Shown: positions 1 through 8,076 of the stretch, piece by piece
How the letters are laid out: every line of letters starts with the position of its first letter
How positions within the stretch are numbered: position 1 is the first letter of the stretch
Source: an uncultured Ectothiorhodospiraceae bacterium
Lineage (GTDB): Bacteria > Pseudomonadota > Gammaproteobacteria > SZUA-152
Length of the DNA stretch: 64,000 nt
Assembly (NCBI GenBank): GCA_964401355.1
Contig: CAYNYJ010000005.1
Span: 4,361 to 68,360 of the forward strand
Reading direction: 5' to 3'
Notes under the pieces: model-generated
What the model was told of the DNA's origin: nothing
The model's input: only the letters and a program-made list of their open reading frames with translations
Database searches by the model: none
Made by a program: the position numbers and the translations under genes

Positions 1-30
1 ATGTAAGATGCAAGTAAGACGATAGGCGCA

Positions 31-735
31 TCATGACATGCTGTCAAGCACACGCCGCACCAGCAACAAACCGCAGCCGAAGGCCTTGGAGCGACCTATA
101 CCATTCATCAATGCCTGTTGGAATAAATCGGCATCTTCCACAGTGAGCAACCCAGCATAGTCCAGCGTGCTGTAACGAATGGGGGTTCCTCGTGTATTTT
201 TAACAGCCCGATGCTGGTCGTAACCTTCAACACCAACGTCTCCCTTCCGAAAGGAAAAACCGTTTTTTTCGGCACGTGATTGTAACCATGCCAGCCCCGC
301 TTCTTCGATGATATTTGTCAGTGGTGTCCGTTCAGATATCGACAATTTTTTATACCCCGTGCGATGTTTGAGGTCCATCACCACATCGTGTCGATGCTGT
401 CGGCCGCTTTCATCCCGGCGCGTGACTACGGGGTTAGCCCGCAAGGTGAATGCCAAACGCTGACCCCTGAGAATAACCGGTCGATACTCTTTGGTTTCAA
501 TCTGCCAGACTCCATCGTCGTGTTGCGGCAACCGGTCGGACAACAGGTAAAAACGTGGAAAACCACCATTGGACTTTTCACGCCGAAACAGAAAGTCACG
601 TTTGGCATCGGGATCAGTTTCAAACAAGCGCCACAAATGTTGATGTTCACGATAACCGTTGGCGCACATTTCCTGCGCCAGTCGATTGGCATTGACGCTA
701 TTTGGATCAATGGATACACGACTGAAATAATTCAT
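31..735 (-). CDS. cas6e: CRISPR endoribonuclease Cas6e (CasE/Cse3), type I-E
   Basis: 234-aa ORF with motifs LWRLF..ARDFLFR, FRLRANP and C-terminal GIGRSKAFGCGLL typical of Cas6e. It is last in the cas3-cse1-cse2-cas7-cas5-cas6e order and overlaps the cas5 stop by 4 nt. Confidence 0.8.
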   Translation of the reverse strand: MNYFSRVSIDPNSVNANRLAQEMCANGYREHQHLWRLFETDPDAKRDFLFRREKSNGGFPRFYLLSDRLPQHDDGVWQIETKEYRPVILRGQRLAFTLRANPVVTRRDESGRQHRHDVVMDLKHRTGYKKLSISERTPLTNIIEEAGLAWLQSRAEKNGFSFRKGDVGVEGYDQHRAVKNTRGTPIRYSTLDYAGLLTVEDADLFQQALMNGIGRSKAFGCGLLLVRRVLDSMS

Positions 736-1469
736 CCCTGCGCCTCCGTCACGGTTTCCGAAAAATAGAATTCATCCCGTTCCGCAAACTGCCACCGCGC
801 CCGGCTCAATGACTGGTCGCGGCGCGGATACACCATGCTGGCCGACATACCTGCACTGTCATCCGTCAGTTGTTCCCAGTAGTAACCGCGTTGTGCGGTT
901 GGCTTGATCGGTAACAGCAGTTCGTCCTCGGGAAAACTAACGTCATCAAACGCCGACTTAAGACTCGTCGCATCTAACAACTGCGGACACAGCGGCAATG
1001 CCAGCGGGCAGGCTTTGCGCCCAAGATATAATTGCAATTGCGGATGCAGCAATGCCGCTTTTATATCTGTTAACGAATAAGGTGCCACATCATTTCCAAT
1101 CCACAGCGCAACCACATAACGTGCATCCATGCGGTAATCACGTGACGAAAGAATGGTGTTGAGTTCGGGGTTTCGCAATTCATCACGACGAGTAAAGAAC
1201 ACCGCCTTGCCCTTGGCTGGAGGAACTTGCGTGGTGTGGTAGTCGCGCAGCAATTCGCCCGGGGCATCGACACGCACACCGAACCCATACCCGGCAGTTA
1301 TATCGCGATGCACAGCTTCTTCATCACGGCGAATGCCTTTGGCCGCCGCCAGCAAACCTAGAATCGCAGACTTGGAGGGATGATTCGCGGTCGGGCGCTG
1401 TTCACCCACGGCCACATTTCCCCAAGAGGCCATCGGCCCGTAGAGTTGAAATAATAGAAATTGCCTCAT
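732..1469 (-). CDS. cas5: Cascade subunit Cas5e (CasD)
   Basis: The ORF track starts at 1613 and would overlap cas7. The internal Met at 1469 gives MRQFLLFQLYGPMASWG, the canonical Cas5e N-terminus, 4 nt after the cas7 stop. Confidence 0.8.
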   Translation of the reverse strand: MRQFLLFQLYGPMASWGNVAVGEQRPTANHPSKSAILGLLAAAKGIRRDEEAVHRDITAGYGFGVRVDAPGELLRDYHTTQVPPAKGKAVFFTRRDELRNPELNTILSSRDYRMDARYVVALWIGNDVAPYSLTDIKAALLHPQLQLYLGRKACPLALPLCPQLLDATSLKSAFDDVSFPEDELLLPIKPTAQRGYYWEQLTDDSAGMSASMVYPRRDQSLSRARWQFAERDEFYFSETVTEAQG

Positions 1470-1473
1470 GGCC

Positions 1474-2511
1474 CTATTCCGCTGTCGCGGCATTGATGAT
1501 ATTTGCCAGACTACCTTGACCACCTTGCACGTCCATCGTGATTCGCGCGTCCGCACAGGGACCGTAAGCGTTATCCATTTTTTCCACGGCATCTTCGAGA
1601 CTGGCGGTCGCACTGCTTAACATGTCCGTGCCTGCAATCGGTTTCAAAAAAGCAGCCGCCAACGAACGAGGTTGCTGGTTGCCAGTTTCACACAATACAT
1701 ACGAGGCACGCGCACGTGAGGCAAAACTGTTTTGTTTGCCCGTGGGTGCAACCGTCGTCGCCGCTTCAATCAATGCAGCAAGGGTTTTATTGGTCAGCTC
1801 AGCATCATCACCCAGGTTTTCTTTTAACAGCGCACGATCAATACAGATGTACTGGTAAAACAGACCCGCAGCAAATTCCGTTTCGCCCATGTGTCCCGCA
1901 CCCAGATCTTCTTCACCCGTGTTCAGGTCATCCACCGCAGTAAAAAAATCATCTTCCACCGTGACTTTGTGAACGCTGATCGCATGGGCAACCTGACAGG
2001 CGGCTTCGGTATTAAAAGCAGGGCTGGAAGCCAACATGCGACCGAACAAGGCAATATCCGCCGCGCTATGTTGCTTGCGCAGAAGTTTCAATTCATCGGC
2101 TTCCGGTTCACTACCGCGTTCGGCCAGTATCGTGATCAATTCATTAATGGCGGTTTCTTCTTCCGGGCTGAAATGGGCTAACTGTTCAATATCCACCGAA
2201 TCTTTTTTTAGCTTGCCAAACACAGCGGCAATGGACTTGGCCCAGTCGGTGGCCTTTTTTTCTGCAACGCCTTTTTCGACCAGTGATTTAAAAATTTTCT
2301 GCCCCATTGATTTAGTGCGTGTACCCACGTGGCCTTTAAGTGCATTTTCGAAAACTTCAGATTTTCGCCAGGCGCGTTTAAGACTTTGAGAGGAAACACG
2401 CAGGCGTGGCACGCCACCCATCATCGCGGTTTTAGGCCGACCCAGATCATCACGATTAAGATTAGCGGGCGGATACGAGGTCAACAAATGCAGTTGAATG
2501 AAACGACTCAT
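1474..2511 (-). CDS. cas7: Cascade backbone subunit Cas7e (CasC)
   Basis: 345 aa. The N-terminus MSRFIQLHLLTSYPPANLNRDDLGRPK is the hallmark CasC start. An AAGGAG SD lies upstream. Confidence 0.9.
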   Translation of the reverse strand: MSRFIQLHLLTSYPPANLNRDDLGRPKTAMMGGVPRLRVSSQSLKRAWRKSEVFENALKGHVGTRTKSMGQKIFKSLVEKGVAEKKATDWAKSIAAVFGKLKKDSVDIEQLAHFSPEEETAINELITILAERGSEPEADELKLLRKQHSAADIALFGRMLASSPAFNTEAACQVAHAISVHKVTVEDDFFTAVDDLNTGEEDLGAGHMGETEFAAGLFYQYICIDRALLKENLGDDAELTNKTLAALIEAATTVAPTGKQNSFASRARASYVLCETGNQQPRSLAAAFLKPIAGTDMLSSATASLEDAVEKMDNAYGPCADARITMDVQGGQGSLANIINAATAE

Positions 2512-2568
2512 GGGTATTTCTCCTTGTCAGAAAGTTATTTTATTTAGAGACTTTAAAAAACACATTAT

Positions 2569-2641
2569 CGTCATTCTGGCGTAGGCCAGAACCCAGTAGC
2601 CAGCCAATCCCCCCTGGACTCCGGCCTACGCCGGAGTGACG
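2569..2641. repeat. REP-like imperfect palindrome (cgtcattctggcgtaggcc ... ggcctacgccggagtgacg) inside the Cascade operon
   Basis: Two inverted arms of about 19 nt (17/19 matches) flank about 35 nt in the unusually long 155-bp cse2-cas7 intergenic spacer. It shares the ccggcctacgccgg core with the dispersed MITE family in this window. Confidence 0.5.
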
Positions 2642-2665
2642 AAAAAATAATCAGTTAATACTTTG

Positions 2666-3160
2666 TTAAGCAGATTTCTTTTCAGGCACATTTGGAAAGT
2701 AATCGAAGGCCCAGCGTTTTCGTTCACCATCGCCCCAGTAATAAACCGACTGAGCCAAATCAAATGGGTTCGCTTTTTTATCCATCAAACCCAATACACG
2801 AATCAATGCACCATATAAATCCCGGCGATCGCGTTGCAATAAACGGCGAAAACGTAGCTCGCTTACAACAGGCGGATCGCCTGCCATTTGCCCTGCCAGT
2901 GTCTTGCGTGAATCAAGTGTACGAACATGAGCCAGCAATCCGGCAATCGCGGCGATGCGCATTTCCCAGCCGTCCCGCTCATCTTTCATCAATGGCCGAA
3001 CACTATTACACAGGCGATGAAAGGCCGACACCATCACCACTTCATCCGGTGATTTACAGCGGCGTAACTGCGCACGTCCGCCCTTGTCTTGCTCAAGGTT
3101 TTGCCAGAATTTACTGAGTTCCTTACCTAGAGGGGAATCAGAATCAAATTTCTTGCTCAT
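2666..3160 (-). CDS. cse2: Cascade small subunit Cse2 (CasB)
   Basis: 164-aa ORF between cse1 and cas7. Size and position fit Cse2. Its 3' end overlaps the cse1 stop by 4 nt. Confidence 0.75.
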   Translation of the reverse strand: MSKKFDSDSPLGKELSKFWQNLEQDKGGRAQLRRCKSPDEVVMVSAFHRLCNSVRPLMKDERDGWEMRIAAIAGLLAHVRTLDSRKTLAGQMAGDPPVVSELRFRRLLQRDRRDLYGALIRVLGLMDKKANPFDLAQSVYYWGDGERKRWAFDYFPNVPEKKSA

Positions 3161-4761
3161 GCCGTTTTCTCCTTTTTGTCGGGTAACTGCAATAACTTTT
3201 TCATTTTTTTCGAATACAACAAATTGCGCAATTTGCGATGAGCCATAGCAATGCGGCGCGGATTTGTTACTGACACATCCCCACGCGCCGCCCAGTAGTC
3301 GAACAATGCCATCGCTGCTTTCACTAACTCGCTATGCCAGGAATTCAACACGGCAATGCCATCTCCTCCGGATTCAAGTTCATCGCGCAACTGCTGCGAA
3401 GCATGAAAGAAACTGTTTTCTGTATGCTGAAAAAAGGCCTCGATAATAAATGAGGTATCGCCTTTGGCATCACCCGGTCGCTTGAACCAGGCATCTTTCA
3501 CTGTGCTGCGCACAAACCCCGAAACCTCTATCGCCGCAGTTACCAGCGACTGCGCACGCTCGATAAAAATGGTTCGAATATTTTCGTCCAAGAAATAAAG
3601 GGGATAGGTAGTTTCGTACCAGCAACGAGCTTTCATGTTGTCCATGTCATAACCAAAGGCCCACAGTCGCAGTTGCAGTATTTTCTCTGGGTTACGTTTA
3701 TTGAAAGCGGTGATCACCCGAGCTGCATCACCTAACTCCTCATCAGCAAGAAAACGTAACCAGTGACGGTAACTCATGCCGCCCGGTTGCGGATGCCGGG
3801 GAATAGGCGTGTTGTCTTTTTTATCAAAACTATGCGGACTCAGCGGATGCTTCCACGGGCCGTTGTAATTGACACCGTAGTTTTGGGTGACGTATTGCGA
3901 CACCAGTCGGTCGCTTTCCACGCCGCAAATATCGCATTCACCCTCGCGGGCATTTTCCCAGTCCAGCCGAATCCGGCGCGGCATGGCCCAGTACATTTGC
4001 AGCGGGTTCACGTCAGCAGGGTAGGTATCTCGTCCACCGTGTTTGGAATCACTGCTACGAGTCGCCGCCATCCACGGAAAAATATCTTCGTCGGTTTGTT
4101 TGTCCGCACCATCAGTCAACGACTCGAAATCGCGGCGGCGCAGCACGTTCAGCCAGACATTGCGCCACAGGGTTTCGGGCAAGCCAGCACTATCCTGTGA
4201 GTCCACGATAGCCAAAGTCGTCAACGGCCCACCGCCCCGCAACGAAGTACGATGCCCTGCCCCGCCACTGGGGGCGTTGGTCTGCAACGTGAACAATGCG
4301 CTGGCAGCGCAAACCGGACACAACACTTCCACGCCGCCACGCTTGATAAAATGATCCGCATTATTACGCAGAGTGTTGGCACCCGGGGATTCAATTAACA
4401 GAGCATCGATAGGCTTGGTATCGCCTTGCAGTTCATCAAAATCCTGCATAAAGCGCGGGCCGTCATTGTCCAAATTAAAGGCATGTTGCAAGGGCATAAA
4501 TTTTTCTTTCAGGATATTGGGGGACGGTGCCGTTTCCAGCCAGGTTAACCAGTCTTCATTTCTTGCGTCTTCCGGCGGCATGGCCGTCTGCAACAGACCA
4601 ATGAGGAATTGCATCAGCGCGCCATTGAAATCCGCTCGCGGTGCATTCAGCGCAACGATGGGGTTATCTTCGTGGCCATCGGTTATCTGCCAGGGGGCGA
4701 TCATTTCCTTCGTCCCGCTGGCGCGACGGACTGACAACCAATTAACTGTGATTAGATCCAT
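3157..4761 (-). CDS. cse1: Cascade large subunit Cse1 (CasA/Cas8e)
   Basis: The ORF track starts at 4845. The internal Met at 4761 gives MDLITVNWLSVRR, which resembles the E. coli CasA start MNLLIDNWIPVR. About 534 aa. Confidence 0.8.
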   Translation of the reverse strand: MDLITVNWLSVRRASGTKEMIAPWQITDGHEDNPIVALNAPRADFNGALMQFLIGLLQTAMPPEDARNEDWLTWLETAPSPNILKEKFMPLQHAFNLDNDGPRFMQDFDELQGDTKPIDALLIESPGANTLRNNADHFIKRGGVEVLCPVCAASALFTLQTNAPSGGAGHRTSLRGGGPLTTLAIVDSQDSAGLPETLWRNVWLNVLRRRDFESLTDGADKQTDEDIFPWMAATRSSDSKHGGRDTYPADVNPLQMYWAMPRRIRLDWENAREGECDICGVESDRLVSQYVTQNYGVNYNGPWKHPLSPHSFDKKDNTPIPRHPQPGGMSYRHWLRFLADEELGDAARVITAFNKRNPEKILQLRLWAFGYDMDNMKARCWYETTYPLYFLDENIRTIFIERAQSLVTAAIEVSGFVRSTVKDAWFKRPGDAKGDTSFIIEAFFQHTENSFFHASQQLRDELESGGDGIAVLNSWHSELVKAAMALFDYWAARGDVSVTNPRRIAMAHRKLRNLLYSKKMKKLLQLPDKKEKTA

Positions 4762-4939
4762 CTGTCTTTTCTCCCTGCGCTTGATATATGGGATCGTTAA
4801 CTGCCTCCGTAGCCTGCCATTCAAGCACAATAAAAGTACCGTCATCTAATTCGACCCGCCCCAAACTTCCCCTGCGCCGCATTTCTAAAATCAGCTGCTC
4901 AGGGCGTGATAAAAAATGGGTTGCCAATATTTCTAACAT
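4742..4939 (-). CDS. hypothetical 65-aa protein, first cistron of the Cascade operon; candidate CreT-like toxin or unknown small Cas-associated protein
   Basis: ATG preceded by a perfect AGGAGG SD with 5-nt spacing. The ORF overlaps the cse1 start codon by 20 nt, an arrangement consistent with translational coupling. I recognise no family. It lies directly downstream of the psi-spacer target site. Confidence 0.45.
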   Translation of the reverse strand: MLEILATHFLSRPEQLILEMRRRGSLGRVELDDGTFIVLEWQATEAVNDPIYQAQGEKTDGSNHS

Positions 4940-4998
4940 TACCGCCTCCTAATTCCACGATCATCCAGATGCCGCCACAGGGGTGAAACAATAATTGC

Positions 4999-5023
4999 AA
5001 GTATATATGGAAATATTTTTGAA
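4999..5023 (+). promoter_or_regulatory. AAG PAM (4999-5001) plus 22-nt partial protospacer matching the psi-spacer; putative Cascade operator over the small-ORF/Cascade promoter
   Basis: Target aag|tatatatggaaatatttttgaa versus psi-spacer tatatatggaagtatttggaac. The 11 PAM-proximal nt match exactly, and 17 of 22 match overall. It abuts a candidate extended -10 (TGcAATTAT, minus strand, 4991-4999) for the small ORF. Confidence 0.45.
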
Positions 5024-5042
5024 GCGTGTTGTGTTTATTTCA

Positions 5043-5051
5043 TGTTAAAAT
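5043..5051 (+). promoter_or_regulatory. candidate extended -10 (TGtTAAAAT) for the creR/creA-like RNA
   Basis: A TGnTAAAAT motif lies 4 nt upstream of psi-repeat 1, so a transcript would start at or just before the mini-array. Called from sequence only. Confidence 0.3.
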
Positions 5052-5054
5052 TTT

Positions 5055-5134
5055 AACTTCCCCTTCGAGAAGGGGATGAACCATATATATGGAAGTATTT
5101 GGAACCCGTTCCCCACACCCGTGGGGTTTGTACA
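5055..5134 (+). ncRNA. CRISPR-like mini-array psiR1-psiS-psiR2 (creA/creR-like crRNA-resembling RNA)
   Basis: psiR1 (5055-5083) AACTTCCCCTTCGAGAAGGGGATGAACCA versus the I-E consensus GAGTTCCCCGCGCCAGCGGGGATAAACCG. The TTCCCC/GGGG stem and the AT(G/A)AACC 5'-handle are conserved. The psi-spacer is 22 nt (5084-5105). psiR2 (5106-5134) CCGTTCCCCACACCCGTGGGGTTTGTACA keeps the hairpin with a degenerate 3' end. Its orientation matches the transcribed sense of I-E repeats. Confidence 0.5.
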
Positions 5135-5152
5135 GGGGCTAACGCCCCTGTA
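5131..5152 (+). terminator. perfect 9-bp-stem hairpin tacaggggc-taac-gcccctgta spanning the cas3 stop codon
   Basis: A palindrome followed by CTTCTTCTTCTTCC on the plus strand. It may terminate the creR-like RNA. The cas3 stop codon (cta, 5139-5141) sits in the loop. Confidence 0.3.
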
Positions 5153-7922
5153 CTTCTTCTTCTTCCTTCATCAAACCTATTTCCGGGCTGTAATAAAATG
5201 CCATCGTTGCACCGTCCTTGCTGAGCGCCATTCCTTTCCACAAACCATCGTCAACGGCCACCAATGGCAACAACACTCCCCACTTGCCTTTGGCGGGTAG
5301 CCGTTCGCGGCAGGTTTCGATTATCTCGGCAGTGATATTTTCAGTGGCTGCCTCACTGGCGATCAGGTCGCACCGCATTTGCACGGCGCTACGTGGCCAG
5401 GCGTGATCAATTTCGTTGATCCAGGGTTCCAGGTTTTTTCCATTCCAGCGGGCAAGATAGACGGTGGTGGTTTCCACTTCGGCGAGTCGGGTCGGTGTCT
5501 TTGTCTCATCCCACCAGCGGTTTTCATCTTCGCCGTTATAGCCGTCTGCAATATTCAGCGTGTTGAGTGCGCCCAAACTGCCACTGGCACTGGCGCGTCC
5601 TTCTGCTTCCATTGAGGCTGCATCCAGGGCCGGTGGATATTCTGTGCAGGCGTAGACGCCTTCGATCAAGCGACGGGCATCGTCGGGCATGCGGAAACCG
5701 CCGCGTTTTTTAAGCAGATGGGCAGTGCGCCAAATTTGCCCATGATGGGGGTAAACATAACTGGTGCCCTTTAAATAATCCTTGAACCAATTGGCGCTGA
5801 CATCACCGCCCGGGTCGGGGCCATTGACGACCAGCACGGGCTCGCCGCGCTCACCACGCTGATGACGGTGCAAACGCCCGGCACGCTGGATGATAAGGTC
5901 GACGGGTGCGAGGTCGGTGATCAGCAAATCAAAATCGAGATCCAGGGATTGCTCTACGACCTGGGTGGCGATGAGTACCTGTCCCCGGCGCTCGTCAGCG
6001 GTACTTTTCGGGCCGAAACGTTTGACGATGCGATTTTCAATATCCAGCCGATCCTGCATGGCGTAGCGGGCATGGAACAAATCAATAGGCCAATCCGGGT
6101 GCTGGGCGCGCAAATGGTCGAAGGATTCACGGGCATCGCCAACAGTATTGCGTATCCAGCAGGCGCACTGCCCGGTATTAACAGCAGCTACCAACCGATT
6201 TTCGACATCCGCAAGCCCATGCACCATTTCCACTCTGACTTTACGACGCACACTGTCACGGGTGGCCACTGTTGTTTCATCAAGATTTTCTGAATGCACA
6301 CGGGTGAACAGTGGATAGTCATCTTCACCCGTTTTGTTCAATTCTCGATTAGCCCAGCCTGCTCCCTTGGCAAAGGCATTGACCAGCTGTTGGCGTTGTT
6401 TGGTGGGCAAGGTTGCGGAAAGTAGAATGGCACTGCCGCCACTGGCGGCATGGGCTTGCAACAGATCGCGCAACAGGCGATTCATGTAGTCATCACAGGC
6501 ATGGACTTCATCCACCACCAATAACTTACCGAGCAAACCCAACAAGCGAAGAGACTGATGGCGCGACGGCAATATGGCCATCAACGCCTGATCAATAGTG
6601 CCCACACCGACTTCCGCCAGCAGTGCCTTCTTTCGGTTATCCGCCAGCCAAGCACCGCAATGACTGCCTGCGGTTTCGGTGTTGTCGCCATAGTCTGATT
6701 TCTCAGTTGTTGTGATGGCGGTTACCGACGACATAATCGCTTGTCGGAAATTTGCCGAAAGATCGCGTGCTCCGTGAGCCAGTACCAACGAAGGTTTAAT
6801 GTCTCCCTGAAATAAACGTTGATAAACTTTGGCCATGCGGTCATACATGGCATTGGCAGTGGCCATGGTGGGCAACCCAAAATAGAAGCCCTGTGAATTC
6901 CCGGCCGCCATCATGCGATGCACCAGCATCAGCGCCGCCTCGGTCTTTCCTGCGCCGGTCACGTCTTCGAGGATAAATAACTGCGGGCCTGCTGGCAGAG
7001 GTAGCTGTTCACAATAGGCTTGCAAAGGTGTCGGCGTGAATATTGAAGTTGCTGTTGGTGAAAATAGGTCTTGAAAACTCATGCTACCGGCAACTTGTGA
7101 TGGCAAAAGCTCTGTGGCGGAAATAGCAGTCTCTGCGCGTGAAAGGGCTATTTGCCAATAATCAGGAAGCGATTGTGTACTGTCTGTAAAGGGAAAATAA
7201 TCGGTATTGGAACCCAGCCAATCACACAACACTGCAAATCCGGCCAGCCACCAAGACGCCGTCTGGCTTATCTCAAGAGCGGGTTGTGGAAATGGCGTTG
7301 CGGGCGGCAAAAGCAAGCTCGCAACATCGGCAACAAATTCACGAGCAGCGTCAACATCCTGGGGCTCGAAATAATCACGGCACATTCCTTCCGGTTTGGG
7401 TGGCACACCGTGATGACCAATCATGGCCTGCATCCAGTATTCCAGGCCTGTGGGCAGATTGCCGGTAAGCAAACCACCCGACCTTTGTTTTGACAATAAA
7501 CCCAGCTGACGAAAGCGCTTACGTAGATGATCTTGCCAAAGCATGAATCCCAGATTGTCATGTCGCGGAGAATCACTGCATGCCCGGTCTCGTTGTTGCA
7601 ACGCCCCAAACAGATCAGGCCGAAGGTTTTGAAAACTGGCAGAAAATTTTCCAATGTCATGTAAAGTTAAGAAAAAGGGCAACCAGTCTAAAAGCTCCAC
7701 CGCCTCCAGCCCTGTCAATCGCACCAAGGACTCGCGCAAGTGGTGGTGCCTTCTCAACAACACGACCCCAACCGCCGCCACATCCAAGCAGTGAAACGGC
7801 AACAGATGATAAGGGGCACCGTCTTCATCCGTCTTCCGGGCCTTGCCCCAATAACGAAAATAACGGGCCTTTTTGTCGGTAGCTGTATTTGCGGGAACGT
7901 CCATATTCCTTTGTTTTAACAT
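5139..7922 (-). CDS. cas3: Cas3 HD nuclease/helicase, type I-E
   Basis: 927 aa with an N-terminal HD domain (LHDIGKFSASFQ) and a Walker A motif (GAGKTEAAL). Confidence 0.9.
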   Translation of the reverse strand: MLKQRNMDVPANTATDKKARYFRYWGKARKTDEDGAPYHLLPFHCLDVAAVGVVLLRRHHHLRESLVRLTGLEAVELLDWLPFFLTLHDIGKFSASFQNLRPDLFGALQQRDRACSDSPRHDNLGFMLWQDHLRKRFRQLGLLSKQRSGGLLTGNLPTGLEYWMQAMIGHHGVPPKPEGMCRDYFEPQDVDAAREFVADVASLLLPPATPFPQPALEISQTASWWLAGFAVLCDWLGSNTDYFPFTDSTQSLPDYWQIALSRAETAISATELLPSQVAGSMSFQDLFSPTATSIFTPTPLQAYCEQLPLPAGPQLFILEDVTGAGKTEAALMLVHRMMAAGNSQGFYFGLPTMATANAMYDRMAKVYQRLFQGDIKPSLVLAHGARDLSANFRQAIMSSVTAITTTEKSDYGDNTETAGSHCGAWLADNRKKALLAEVGVGTIDQALMAILPSRHQSLRLLGLLGKLLVVDEVHACDDYMNRLLRDLLQAHAASGGSAILLSATLPTKQRQQLVNAFAKGAGWANRELNKTGEDDYPLFTRVHSENLDETTVATRDSVRRKVRVEMVHGLADVENRLVAAVNTGQCACWIRNTVGDARESFDHLRAQHPDWPIDLFHARYAMQDRLDIENRIVKRFGPKSTADERRGQVLIATQVVEQSLDLDFDLLITDLAPVDLIIQRAGRLHRHQRGERGEPVLVVNGPDPGGDVSANWFKDYLKGTSYVYPHHGQIWRTAHLLKKRGGFRMPDDARRLIEGVYACTEYPPALDAASMEAEGRASASGSLGALNTLNIADGYNGEDENRWWDETKTPTRLAEVETTTVYLARWNGKNLEPWINEIDHAWPRSAVQMRCDLIASEAATENITAEIIETCRERLPAKGKWGVLLPLVAVDDGLWKGMALSKDGATMAFYYSPEIGLMKEEEEVQGR

Positions 7923-8076
7923 TCCAGTTCAGTCAAAACAAACGGAATCTATTTATAGTCGTCGAGGACTGCACTCGGGTTTTTACGGGCGATATATTTC
8001 AGATCAATGCAGCCTCTAACCTGGACTGTTTGCTGTGAGCTTTGATTTCCAACACACATCGACGGGCGCTTCGCGC

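Noticed and set aside
364-768. Plus-strand 134-aa ORF (and several similar 60-150-aa frames across 1-8000)
   Set aside because: Antisense to the cas6e, cas5 and cas7 coding sequence, without RBS.
5055-5134. A genuine, if minimal, CRISPR array used for immunity
   Set aside because: There are only two repeat-like units. The second has a degenerate handle, the spacer is 22 nt, and its best match is a seed-only, PAM-flanked site in the adjacent promoter. That pattern fits a regulatory crRNA-like RNA, not an acquired spacer.
5076-5300. 74-aa plus-strand ORF spanning the mini-array and the cas3 3' end
   Set aside because: No RBS. It overlaps the cas3 coding sequence antisense and the repeat hairpins, so it is a spurious frame.
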